64,000 nucleotides of DNA, from positions 33,170,001 through 33,234,000 of the forward strand of contig CATNEN010000038.1 in NCBI GenBank assembly GCA_950097015.1, read 5' to 3'. Positions within the stretch are counted from its first letter, which is position 1. Every line of letters starts with the position of its first letter. Origin of the DNA: Macrostomum hystrix. Lineage: Eukaryota > Animalia > Platyhelminthes. Positions 49,884 to 63,498 of the stretch are shown piece after piece. The notes under the pieces are model-generated. The model was given only the letters and a program-made list of their open reading frames with translations. It made no database searches and had not been told where the DNA came from. A program made the translations under genes and the position numbers.

Positions 49884-50261
49884 TGGCAAATTAATTGTCT
49901 TAATGGATGCCACCTGCTACTTTCAGTAACAGTCAGTGTGCTAAGTAACCTTTTTTTCTTTTGTATGTTTCACGTATGTTTCACGTTTTTAAGCTGAATG
50001 CTAAATGAGATTATCGCTTACATTTGCGATTGGCTGCTGCATTCAATACAGAAATTTCTGTATTGACAGGGTACAGTTTGTACAGGTACAAAGGCGAATG
50101 TACAAATCAGGAGTACATATGCAACAGATATTGATTTAAAGGTATGAGAGCTGCATGGTTTGTTTCTTCAAATTTATTCACCCATCGCTTTGTCTATAAA
50201 AAGCATTTCGTATATCTGAACACTTTTATCGGATTTTTGTCTTCATTGTCTAAGCAAAGTA

Positions 50262-53200
50262 ATGCCTAAGCGCAAGAGCTTTCTCCAAAAGAGCCGCCAA
50301 GCGAAGCAGCATCGCCGTGCTGAAACAGACGATGAAAGAGAAGAGCGTCTTCGGAAGAATCGTGAGTATGCACGTAGGCGTCGAGAGGAGGAAAATGAAT
50401 CGAGTCGAGTGGCTCGTCTTCATGATGACAGGCATCGCACTGCCGAGCGACGCGCTGCTGAATCGTCACCTGAAAGACTGTCTCGTCTTCATGATGACAG
50501 GCATCGCACTGCCGAGCGACGCGCTGCTGAATCGTCACCTGAAAGACTGTCTCGTCTTCATGATGACAGGCATCGCACTGCCGAGCGACGCGCTGCTGAA
50601 TCGTCACCTGAAAGACTGTCTCGTCTTCATGATGACAGGCATCGCACTGCCGAGCGACGCGCTGCTGAATCGTCACCTGAAAGACTGTCTCGTCTTCATG
50701 ATGACAGGCATCGCACTGCCGAGCGACGCGCTGCTGAATCGTCACCTGAAAGACTGTCTCGTCTTCATGATGACAGGCAGCGCACTGCCGAGCGACGCGC
50801 TGCTGAATCATCACCTGAAAGACTGTCTCGTCTTCATGATGACAGGCAGCGCACTGCCGAGCGACGCGCTGCTGAATCATCACCTGAAAGACTGTCTCGT
50901 CTTCATGATGACAGGCATCGCACTGCCGAGCGACGCGCTGCTGAATCGTCACCTGAAAGACTGTCTCGTCTTCATGATGACAGGCATCGCACTGCCGAGC
51001 GACGCGCTGCTGAATCGTCACCTGAAAGACTGTCTCGTCTTCATGATGACAGGCATCGCACTGCCGAGCGACGCGCTGCTGAATCGTCACCTGAAAGACA
51101 AAGCCGGTTGGCAGACCTTAGAACTCGAGATTCTAACAACCGAGCTAATGAGTCCCTTGCTGCAAGAGATAAGCGGTTAGAAAAGGCCAGAACACGGGAC
51201 GCTGAGCGACGACTAAACGAATCTTTAGGCGTCAGGGACAATCGGCTTAAAAATTCGAAAAGTCGAACCGCTGAACGAAGGGCATCTGAATCTGCATCAG
51301 AACGCCAATCTCGCTTGGATCGCATGCGGATTTCCAGTGTAACTCGGCGAACGCACGTAGATTCACCCAGCAGCTTGTGAGTAAAAAAGGCTATGAGAAA
51401 TAACAAACGCTGTTTAGATGGGGGCTTTTAATTAAAACTTTAGGTACATACTTGCTCCTGATATTCCTACTTACAGTAGTCACACAGGGGGTGTCGGTGT
51501 TGCGAATCTGTGAGGCTTTGAACTGCGAGCTGTGAACGGGAAACGCATTGAAGGCGGGACATGCACACGCAAATAAAGAATTAGTATAATGGATATCGAT
51601 CAACGAATATAATTTGTATTTGAATTTGGCAATAGGTATACTCTCCAACATCGATTCTCGCTTGCCTGATATCCACGCAATTCTATGTGTAATTATATAT
51701 TTTGTAATGCCTTCAAAATTATATCTTTTCCCATCCGATTGAAAGTGTAGTTAAATATCGATTGTATTAAAAAATCCTGCTTCTTTATATTCCCAACTAC
51801 AGGCCTCTCGTCACAAGCCACGCTTCACCAACGCGATCGTTGCTAAACTTTGCTGTGCATAATGTACCTGGTGACGGCGACTGCTTCTTTCACGCCGTCT
51901 GTGACCAACTTAAAAATACGGAGCTGAGCACAGATGCTTTCACCTTGCGACAGGAGCTCACTCGTCGCGCACAGCCTTATTTACTGAATTTAGAAGCAAG
52001 CGGATTTATTGTGCAAGGTTCAAGTGCTTCACTTTTGAGAGCTTCAGGCTCGCAAGGAGTTGCAGTCCCCGATGAAATAGTACCGCTTCTAAGTCAATGC
52101 TTCAATATAGACGTTACTATTTTTCAAATTGATGGACGCGTACTGCAGCATTTCACATCGCCAGTTCATCCGCCAGTCTCTGTTGTGCGGTTGCTGTTGC
52201 ACAATGAGCACTACCAGTCGCTGCGAAATTCCTTGCCAGATTCGCAAAGGTCTGCGCAGGACATCGGATCCGCTTCTGCAAGTGAGAGCTCCGTGATGAG
52301 TCCAGTCAAGAAGCGCCGGCTGCCTGCTGCTTTGCCTCCAACTTTGCCTCCAACTGCAGGACAGCATCGCGACAACACTGACGGGCCTACCTTGAGTTGC
52401 GAATCTTTTGTTGACATTGAGAAATCGAGAGCTGCTGATGAAACTTTGACTAGGGATTCAACTTGCACTGAACAATCTGTGTAAGTGTGCCGACTATTAT
52501 ATATGAATAACATTTACAACTGCAATGGTTATAATGCAGAAAAATCCATCAGCACAGAAACTTTTGATGCACATTCAATTCTTCCTTTGGTGATGCTGTG
52601 TGGATGGTTTATGGCTAAATCTACTACCTGTAGTACTTGATCGCAGCTTGAAAAAATTATCTTAATTCCATGAACGTCCGGTAACGGCGACTCAAAGATT
52701 AATGCTTATTCGATTGCAGATCAGCGGAGGCGGCAACGCATTCGGCTGGTCGGATGGAATACCCATGCACAATGTGCGGCGCTCTGCGTTGGAAGCTGGA
52801 GGTGGCCGGACTCTGCTGCACTGGTGGACAGGTGAAGCTGGAGCAGCGGCGCATACCAGAGGAGCTGCGACGGCTCTATCAGGGCCAGCATGAAAAAAGC
52901 CGGCTCTTTTTAAATAACATCCGGAGGTTCAATGCAGCACTACACATGACATCTTTTGGTGTTAACAAGCGTGATCTTCCTCTAGGCTCAATGAATTTGA
53001 TCATCAATGGACAAATCCATCACAAAATTGGCAGCCTTCTTCCTATTGAGGGCAGGACGGCACAATTTTGCCAGATTTTCTTCTGTGACTCTGAACTGGA
53101 TACACGAATGGCAATGGTGAACGGTTTAGATCGAAACATTCTAGAGCTGCTGCAGAACATGCTGCATCGGGAAAATTCGTATGTACGCAGCTTTAAAGCT

Positions 53201-56200
53201 GCCATCGAGCGAATCACAGAGAATCCCGATCTGCAGAGTGCATCTTTGGTTATCCGGGCAGATAGGAGACCCACTGGCGAGCATGTGAGGTAAGTTGGGT
53301 TTACTTTAAACTGATTTAAGCACTGAATGATGATATTTGAGCTTAGTTTTCTTTTTTAGAGAAATTTTCAGAAAGGGAGTTGTTCTTTTAATTAGGCTTA
53401 AAACTTTGTTATAGACGGCACATCGGCCAAACCACACTAGATTATTCTTTTTCGAAACACGGTAACTGGAATATGTTATGTACTATTTATAGTAATATAT
53501 GAGGAATCAATTAATAAGAGACAAGAAACATAACTGTCTGTGACAAAGACTTGTTGAAGACGGAAATCAAAATCACACATTGAGTTCTCAGTTAGTTGAA
53601 GAATAAATATGTCCTTTTTAAAACTGGTTGATTAGATTTTAATTAGACTGAATGAATGTCTACTTTATCAATTTCCTAGGCGATTCAACCTACCAAGTGT
53701 TAGTGAAGTCGCAGTGTTGTTTGACGCATTGGAGGACGATACCGAAGGTGCTGCAGGCAAGCGGGATGTCATTGTGCATCTGCGATCGGGCAGGATACAA
53801 CGCATTGACGAGACACACCGCTCCTACGACCCATTGGAGTATGTACTCTTTCACCCATGCGGAGAAGATGGCTGGCACATTGGTCTGACGATGGCTAACA
53901 ATCGCAAGCTGACACCCAGAGCAATGTACTCACATCAGCTCATGATTCGTCCCGGCGTCTTCAATGCCCTTCACTACGGCAAGCGGCTCTTCCAACAATA
54001 TATTGTCGATCAGGCAGCAAAGATAGAAGCTGAGCGACTAAATTATTTGAAGACGCACCAAAATGACCTCCGCTCTGAGACTTACAGCGGCCTGAAAGAT
54101 GCGCTGGTTGCCTCCGATGTTGACCCAGATTGGGCCAGCAAAGTCGGGAACCGTGTCATACTGACCTCCAGCTTTGTCGGCGGTCCGCGCTATCGGAGGG
54201 AGCGTCAACAGGACGCCATGGCATATGTGCAGCGCTTCGGAAGGCCGGATTTTTTCATAACAATGACTGCGAATCCTGCATGGGAAGAAATCACACAGGA
54301 GCTGCTGCCTGGACAAAGCCCGGTTGATAGACCAGACCTCACAATGCGCGTCTTTGACTTAAAGCGAAAGGCTCTGCTGGATTGCCTACGGACTGCTTTC
54401 GGCACTCCGGTCGCACATGTCTGCTCGCTTGAGTTTCAGAAACGAGGTGAGTTTATATTTAGTTTATGCAAGAACTACAAACACTATCGACCACCAGCGA
54501 AGTATTGTCAGCCTGTCTCTGTCAGCCTGTCTCTGTCAGCCTGTCTCTGTCAGCCTGTCTCTGTCAGCCTGCCTCTTTAGGCCCTTGATTCACTTTATTC
54601 TGACTACATTTCTTCTACTAGCTGAGCATGTTGTGTTGTGAGATGCGATTATTCAGATAAAGTAGGATTCGTTCAATTCGTAAATTTCAATTTATTTATT
54701 TTTACTACTCTCTGTGAGATTTTTTCAGTCGACTTATCAAGATTAAAATTCGCGACTTTCGCAACGATCTCTCTGCAGGTCTGCCACATGTTCATATACT
54801 TCTGTGGCTGGCACAGATGGATAAGATCACACCTGACCGCTACGATGATGTCGTGTGCGCGGAAATCCCGAGCGCTGTCGATGATCCGGAGCTGCACAAG
54901 CTGGTTGTTGATAACATGATGCATGGACCATGTGGTGAAATAAACCCGCGATGTGTTTGCATGATAAACGGAGCTTGCAGCAAAAAATTCCCAAAGGACT
55001 ACCAACTTGCGTCCGTTGTGAACGACTCGGGATTCCAATTTTATCGTCGGAGATCTGCAACAATGGGAGGTCACGTAGCCAAGAAGTATCTGCGAGGCAA
55101 GGAAGTGATCATGGACAACAGGTAAATACTCATTTTGGAATTATAGAAAAAGTTAGCAAAAATTGACATGTACAAATTAGACTTTCTTTAAAAATACATC
55201 ATCTGGGATTTAATATGCCTTGCACTGATTTAAAACTTCGGTTCGAGAGGCGTTTTAGAGGATTCATTTTAATGTAGCAGTAATGATGAAAATTTTCATG
55301 TACAACAAACTACTTTTTTTCTTTCCATCTATGCAGTTTAATTTGTGTGGTACAGGACTTCGATTTAAATTACCAGTATTAGATGTATCTAATCCTCATT
55401 TAGTAACAATGCTTTGCTTTATATTTATCGTTGAAGAGAAAGAGTAATTGTTGATTGAAGTGAAAATGTATCTGATATTCATAGTGATAATTACTAATAC
55501 TTACTTTACTTTTGCTCTTACTTTTTAGATTCGTTGTCCCCTACAATGCGCACCTGTTGCGCCTATTTCGGTGCCACTTAAACGTCGAGATTTGCGCGAC
55601 CGTAAGGGCAATTAAATATGTAGTTAAATATCTCCACAAGGGATCCGATATGGCAACTGTTGAGCTGACTACGGAGCAGCGTGAAGAAATAAAGTGGAAT
55701 GAAATCGCTGCTTACCTGTTAACTCGGTATCTGGGCCCACATGAAGGTGTTCAAATAATTCTCGGAATGAGCGTTCATAGCCGCTATCCGCCTGTTGTTC
55801 AGTTGTGCGTCCATCTCCCTGGTAAAAACCGAGTTATCTTTTCTGCGGCAACAGCTGAAATGCAAGCATCAAGACCACCTCGCAGCATGCTAACAGCGTT
55901 TTTTGAACTTTGTCGCAGAGATGATTTCGCCCGCACTCTGTTGTACACAGATGTTCCGCGATACTATATCTGGCAAGCTGACCGAAAGGAATGGCAGAGG
56001 ACCAAGATTGGAGCACCTGTGGATGGCTACGATGGCGTTCGTCAGCGAGATACCATTGGCCGCATGTACAATGTCAGCCCGAGAGCTCGAGATGAATTTT
56101 ATCTACGACTAGCCTTGCTACGTATTCGGGGACCGGTCAGCTATGAATCTCTGCGAACAGTAGACGGAATTCTGTACACTGATTTCTTTGAGGCTTGCAA

Positions 56201-58148
56201 GGCTCTTGGCATGCTGGAAGATGATAATCATTTCCGTCTCTGCATGGAAGAGGCTGAACAGACTCAGATGCCAGCTGCTCTTCGAAGTCTATTCTCGGTC
56301 ATTTTGATCCACGGCAATCCTACAGACGCGCAACATTTGTGGTCCCGCTTCCAGTTGTCAATGGGTGAGGATTTTGCCCATCGCGAGTCAGCTGATGAAG
56401 TTTGGATAGTGAACCGTGTTCTGCAAGATTTGACCGTGCGATTGAGCCTTATGGGCGGCAGTTTGTCTCAATTTGGTTTGCCAGAACCACTTCAAATTGC
56501 TGAGCAGGAAGCCGAGTTCGACGCGCAGGAGTTGAGCACGTTTGTTGAGCAGCGTGAGCACCAGCTGACAGACGAGCAGCAAAAAATCTACAAGGCAGTG
56601 CTGGACAGTTTGCAGAGTGGAGGAGGTCTGCACTTCATTGACTCGCCAGGAGGAACTGGAAAGAGTTTTCTACTGGAACTTCTGCTTGCTCACGTGCGAT
56701 CGCGTGGTGAACTTGCTTTGGCTGTTGCAACCACAGGAATTGCGGCAACTCTGCTCCCTGGCGGCCGGACTGCCCACTCGGCATTTAAAATTTCCCCTTC
56801 GGTTTTGAATGAAAGCTGCGGGCATTGCGACATAAAAAAGCAGAGTGCCCTAGCCGAAAATTTGCGAAACACCCGACTTGTTGTATGGGATGAAGCAGCA
56901 ATGGTGCATCGCAAGATTCTAGAAACAGTCGAACGCAGTTTGAGAGATATAATAGCTGACAAGCCTTTCGGTGGACTGACGTTTGTAATGGCTGGAGATT
57001 TTCGACAATTGCTGCCTGTTATAAAGGGCGGCACAGCTGCAAACGCAATTCAGGCGTGCATAAATAGGAGTCCACTTTGGAGCGGCTTTCTGCAGCATCG
57101 GCTAACCCGCAACATGCGACTTCAAGCAGACACCGATTCTGAAGCTTCGCACTACGCCGAGTTTCTGCTGCAGGTTAGTTTCTAATATTTAACTTGTATT
57201 TAGTGTTTCGATTAGATTAGGGTTTGAAATATGATAAAAGGTGCGCCTGTTGATAGTTGAGATTTTATTGGTTTTAAAAATATCGTAGTGTTTATCTTAG
57301 ATTAATAACTGATCTCGAAAAACTGGCAGCTAGCACTTCACATATTTTCCTCAATTCACATGCATTCATAGGTCGGTGAGGGACGACTAAAGCAGGACGA
57401 TCAAGGCTATGTGGAACTCCCATCGGAGATTTGCATGCCAATGGGATCTGACACGATGCAGCTGATTCGATATGTTTTTCCCAGCTTCAACAATGCTGAG
57501 ACGCGCGATCAACAGTTTGAATCCAGAGCAATTCTGGCACCGCACAATCGAACGGTGAACGAAATCAACGCTCAATGCCTGGTTATGTTTCCAGGAAAGG
57601 CTGTGGAATACCTTTCAATTGACAGCATCCCAGATGACGAAGAAGCGGCGATTCAATTTCCTGTTGAGGCACTGAACAGCTTAGAAGCACAGGCACTTCC
57701 GCCGCACCGACTGGAACTTAAAGTCGGAGTGCCTATCATGCTGCTGAGGAATTTAGATGCACCACGTCTCTGCAACGGAACCAGGCTAATCATCACGAAG
57801 CTAGAAAAGAATGTTTTGGTAGCTCGAATCGCTTCTGGAGCTTTCAAAGGCGCACCTGTTCTGCTACCAAGAATTCCATTGACGCCGAATGCTGAGGATT
57901 TGCCTGTAAAATTCCGCAGACTGCAGTTTCCTGTTCGACTTTGCTTTGCAATCACAATTCATAAGAGCCAAGGTCAGAGCCTGGATTCCTTTGGCGTTCA
58001 CTTGGGCCAGTCGTGTTTTCAACATGGCCAATTGTATGTTGCGCTGAGTCGAGCACGTGACCCAAGGCATGTGCGTGTCCTTCACGGCCAGCAGACGCAG
58101 AATATTGTCCTGCAACAAGTTTTTTCAACGGCCTGCGATTGTTCGTGA
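50262..58148 (+). CDS. Helitron RepHel, 1964 aa: STPR-like repeats, OTU protease, HUH Rep, PIF1 helicase
   Basis: Exons 50262-51376, 51803-52480, 52720-53289, 53680-54446, 54779-55121, 55529-57173, 57372-58148; all GT-AG with matching phases, total 5895 nt. Motifs PGDGDCFF/EHY, FFITMT, EFQKRGLPHVH, YVVKY, PGGTGKS, WDEA, HKSQGQS. Confidence 0.93.
50413..51100 (+). repeat. 69-bp coding tandem repeat x10 (23 aa)
   Basis: RLHDDRHRTAERRAAESSPERLS repeated. Confidence 0.95.
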
Positions 58149-59695
58149 TACTCACATTTTATGCCTGTAAAACAGTCTTTTGACAAACAGTTTAGATACA
58201 ATCTGCTTTACTCTATTATCAACAGGTCAATTTTGAAATTTAGCTAAATTCGAAGTTGAAATCCGCACATTACAATAGGCCAAACGTTGCAATAAACCCC
58301 ATGTTAAAATAAACTCCATGTTGCGATATCCGCAGGTTGCAATAATCCACAGCTTAAAATAATACAATGTGCAATGTTCACCCTCGAGGTTGAAGCAATA
58401 CTATAGTCCTTATATTTTAAAAATCCATAGCAATAATCCATGGTGCAATAATCCACCGTTTACAATAATCTCCACGATGCAATAATCCCAGGTTGTAATT
58501 CAGTCAGCCTGTTCTAAACGCTACGATTCGTCAAAAGAGATATTTATCTGATAATTGTGCTGTTTATTATTCATATTTCACATGCAAATTATTAGAAGTG
58601 ATTGAAGGTACATCATAATTCTCTTGTTCCAATTGTGAATCTAAAAGTGGAAAATTTGAAACACCTGTTCTATTCAACGTTCTCTTGCTGCGCTGTTGCA
58701 CTGCCGCAAGTGCAAGAATTTCCGCAACTCCTGTGTCTTTTGACCGTCAAAAGCGAAGATGCGTTGCTTTTTCTGCTGATTATTTTTTGCTTCCTAATTT
58801 ACTGTGAGCTTGTCGCCCAGTCGCTTTCTTTCAACTGCTGCAACATTTTGATGACAGCCACACAGTAACTAGAAAGTAGACTGTCGAATAAATTCCCAGG
58901 ATGTAATGCTGGTATCCAGGTTGCAATAATCCCTGGTTTCAGATTACTTTAACGGGCTTGGACAGAGTGGACAGGAAACTGGTCTGCAAACTGGTTTGCT
59001 AATTTGTCATTAGCGTGCAGTAAATGTCCATGAGCACGCTGTCAGTTGGTTTGTCAACGGGGCTGATAGTTTGTATTCAAACGGATTAATTGTTTGTCTT
59101 TCAACGGGATATGTTAATTGATTTATCAAAATGCTCTTAGTTGTTTAGCAAACATTAAATGGTCTGTGAAATGTGTGTTGGCTTATACCACAGAATATCA
59201 ATTGATATTCTGTGGCTTATACCTCAAATGGATTGTAAATTGGTCTGTTAATGCTAATAAATAAACTGTTGTTAATTAGCCGGTCTGTAATGGAGCTGTG
59301 ATTTAATGTCATCAAGAAGTAAATCAATCTGCCTACGGGCTGTGACAATTGTCTCAACGGGCTGTATATTAGTCTACAAAAATCCGCAGCTTGGAATCAG
59401 AAGGGTACATCATACACTATGTACATCTGCGTCACCTCAACGATCGTCTGCTATTGACTGCTGAGTAACTCACCTTTTAAGAAGCTATGACTTTAATGTC
59501 CACCTATACCACCGTCACAAAACAAATTCGCGTGGTCACACGATCACCACATCCCTTGTACATCGGTCGCGTGATTTGATGGCTCATTGGATGGCAGTTT
59601 GAAAAACTTTAAGAATCAATATATAATAGGTGGAAACCTCTTGACTTTACGATATTGAAATTCAGCTGACTGCATTTGTCATACACGTAGACAAA

Positions 59696-61501
59696 ATGAA
59701 GATTTTGGATATAAAATCCTGCGGAAGGCTGAGCATTCCAGTGCTGGGTAAGGTTTTCCTTCGGAATGAGGTGAGCTACGAGCTACATGTCTATATACTT
59801 AGATATATAGTCTCATAATTACGTCGACATCTTGCTGCTCATACTCGCATATGAACCTGCAGATATTACATATTCTCCACCTCGCTAAATCAATACTAGA
59901 ACAAATAACTTACTTGTAGTAGTGACTGAACTTATTCTTGAACAGATTCGAGATTACACAAGCCGACGAGGCAACGGATAGCTATTTAGCATTCTTCTGG
60001 CGGACGAATCGGCCGAAATCAAGGTCTGCTTCTTTGGCCGCGAGCTGGCCGAGCGCTGGAACTTGTGCGCCGTGGGCAGGGCGATACAGGTGTCAGGTGG
60101 AGAGGCAAAAGTAGCGGACACTCGCTTTAACGTAGCCAACAACATTTTTCGAAATAATATTGAATATTGACAACGGCGGCCTCGTTGAACGAGCTGATAA
60201 CATTATCTGCAGCCCTCAATTCAAGTTTCGGCTCATATCCGAGCTGCCGACCGTCGGGTCCAGCGGGTAAGATTCACGTTGTAACGACATTGTACTTTTC
60301 AACTGACTAAAGTATTAGAGCGATTTTTGGCAAGGAGCTCTTAAGTAGAAGGACGTTATATTCAAGCATGGGAAACTATTCAAATCCGATTTTTAGAAAG
60401 ATGCATATTGAATATTTATATATTTACACTTTCGAGGCTGATTTTCCTCGATTCGATTATGATCGACGTAAGGAAGCATTAAATATTCAAATATAGTGAA
60501 TTTTTCATGTACACATAAAATCGAAGTTCAATCTAGAAACGTTTCCAGACGCAAAAAGCATATTTCTCAAATTTACAGTTTCTTATCCTTAAGTTTGAAC
60601 TACACTACTAATAATAGCACAATAAGGGTTAAATAAAAAATGACGGAAATGCATAGCAAATACGGGGACACTGCAATGGGGGGTTCATTGGAAGTCAGAG
60701 TTTGAGGCAATGGCCTAATTGACACTCGCGGCTATTGCCTCAAACTCTGACTTCCTATGAGCATCATTGCTTAAAATTTCCATCAATTCTATGCAATGGC
60801 CGGCCATTGCCATTGCCATTGCCAAGAAGTGAAATTTTAGGCAATGTCTGTTTGACACAAGAAGAACTGGACCTGTATGTATTTACAAGATAAATATAGT
60901 ACTTTCTCAATTTCCTGCCAGAGCTATCGTCGACGTTCTTGGCGTCGTAATTTCAAAGGATGGTCCAACGGAAGTGCCAACAAGGAAGGGCCCTTGCGCA
61001 AAGAGCACAATTGTATTGGCAGATGCAACAAACACGGCTGTCACCTGCACGTTCTGGGGACAAAGCGCGGCCCAGGTAGCGTCATGGTCAGCGAATGACG
61101 TTTTAGCAATTAAAGGCGCGCGGACAAGCGATTATGGATCGATGTCCCTCAATTGCAGCTCCGCTCTGTGCATGATGGAGCCTGACATCCACCAGAATGT
61201 CGAAGTCGACCGTCTGCGGACCTGGATCACTCAGCGCGATGACAGACTCACGCCTGCTGCCATTGAATTTGTTGCTGCCGCTGCCATCCGCGAGAAAGCA
61301 GATGAAATTTTTTTAGAAATACCATCTGCGGTGAAGCGGGTGCGCATTCGCCGCGGAAGTTTGGAGGTAAGATAAATTTAAATGTCGATTTATCTGCGGG
61401 ACTGGATTTGTGCGACTGTTTTTCTTACTCGCTTATTATCCAAATTACAATTTCAGAAATCTGTGTCTTTCGAGGAGGCGGGTCTGAGCTCCTCCCAGTG
61501 A
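59696..61501 (+). pseudogene. RPA70-like ssDNA-binding protein (two OB folds), Helitron-borne
   Basis: Exons 59696-59770, 59946-60266, 60922-61366, 61457-61501; IRDYTSRRGNG*LFSILLADESAEIK and VDVLGVV..CTFWG..VLAIKGARTSDYG. TAG at 59979 and a 1-nt frameshift near 60148. Confidence 0.85.
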
Positions 61502-62141
61502 GTAATTTAAATTATGGCTTTGGCCAATCGGCTCATTAGTGGTTTGATTGATGAATCAATGCATATGGAAACTACAAATTGATAATCATATGATTGAAAT
61601 TTGCTCTTAAAAGTTTACATACTTATAGTTTTCTTAGGCATGTGCTGACCACTGATTTGATTGAGCTACATAAATATATATCTGAAATATAACTTCATGA
61701 ATATAATGAGTTATTTATAAAAAATATATAAGCAAACTGTGTAAATGGGTACTACAGGAAGTGAACACAGGTAGTCTTTGCAATCTTAAGCTCATGAAAA
61801 ACCGAAAACTTATCCTTGCAGGCAAAGCGAAGCATCATTTGCGTCGTCAGGCTACTAAGAGGAATTTTGAAAATTCCAAATGAGAAATGCAGCATCGCAG
61901 CAAAAGGAGAAATCGCATTAAGGCCCGATGAATGAAGCACAATGAAGAAAAATTGAAAATGGACTAGAATTCTTTTGTGCATTAACATTTAAAGCTTTTT
62001 TCTATGAAAAGAGAAGTTAAATTTTGTTCCACAAGCTAACATCTTAAAATATACCTTGCAGACTATAGAACAGATTTACAAAAAGTCTATTGGATGAAAG
62101 GCTGTTTGTGCTAGATTGTTTTTAATTATTTTAAAAGTAAC

Positions 62142-62415
62142 TATATTCTCAGCAACAGTCAAAAGTGACACCTCTAGCAAGAGAACACTTTTCTCTCTCC
62201 TCTCACTTGTCTGCAAGTGATGCAACTTGCACCATGGCATAAGCTAAGGTTGAAGGAAAATGGGTAAATTGCAAGCATTGGTGTGGAAATAAACATTTTT
62301 TAGAATTGAAATCCCCAATGCATGAAGTAAGTTATATCACTCTTGACTGAAGTGATATAGAGAAAATTTTTCTCCTTCATTAGATGTGTCACTTTTGACT
62401 GTTGCTAAGTATATA
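62142..62415. mobile_element. MITE, ~270 bp
   Basis: TIRs AGCAACAGTCAAAAGTGACAC / GTGTCACTTTTGACTGTTGCT, TATA-flanked. Confidence 0.75.
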
Positions 62416-63126
62416 CCTACACTTATTTAACAACTTAACACAGTAAACATACTTATTACTGTTTTCTTGCTAATAAGAAAAAACAGACATTAAAACTTGA
62501 AGACCGACATTGTTATACATTTTTTTAGTCCTGTACAAATCATGTACAAATGGGTATGAAAATATTACATTCAATATAGCAGAATAAAGCTTGGAAACTT
62601 GCCTTTTAAACATTGGGAAGTCTGGATTACTAGCTAAATAGACATAAAAAGAGTTAATCATCTATGACTCCAGCCATGTAGGAATATTATATCAATTTCA
62701 ATATAATACAATACCTATAATAAGCTATGTAACACTGTATGATAAAAATATGCAACACAATGCTTGGTTTATGAAATAATTTTCAGCTGGGCCTAATTCA
62801 TATTATATAAATGATCTAAACATGCTAGCTGATATAGGCTATAGATCTTATATAGTATTTTTAGCTTCTATATAATTATAATAAAGGGAAATAAACTTGA
62901 TATGTAAACAAGAACAGCATTTTTAATGCTAGCAATGCATATCAAGAATGAAATTAATAGGCCTACAAAGTACAAACTAGGATAAACTGATTCACATAAT
63001 AAAAAATATAGAAATCAACCCTAAAGTAAAAAAGCTTTATTTCACAAAAGTTCATTGAACTTTTCATAATCAAAATAATGCTTACAACAATACAACTAGA
63101 ACAAACAAAATTGCAACAAATTGGGT

Positions 63127-63498
63127 TAAACCAGAGTTTGAATCATGGCTAAACCAGAGTTTGAATCATGGCTAAACCAGAGTTTGAATCATGGCTAAAC
63201 CAGAGTTTGAATCATGGCTAAACCAGAGCTTGAATCATGGCTAAACAAGAGTTTGAATCATGACTAAACCAGAGTTTGAATCATGGCTAAACCAGAGTTT
63301 GAATCATGGCTAAACCAGAGTTTGAATCATGGCTAAACCAGAGTTTGAATCATGGCTAAACAAGAGTTTGAATCATGGCTAAACCAGAGTTTGAATCATG
63401 GCTAAACCAGAGTTTGAATCATGGCTAAACCAGAGTTTGAATCATGGCTAAACCAGAGTTTGAATCATGGCTAAACCAGAGTTTGAATCATGGCTAAC
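63127..63498. repeat. 23-bp tandem repeat, ~16 copies
   Basis: Unit TAAACCAGAGTTTGAATCATGGC. Confidence 0.95.

Noticed and set aside
50266-51180. 274-aa antisense and 287-aa alternative-frame ORFs
   Set aside because: By-products of the stop-free 69-bp repeat.
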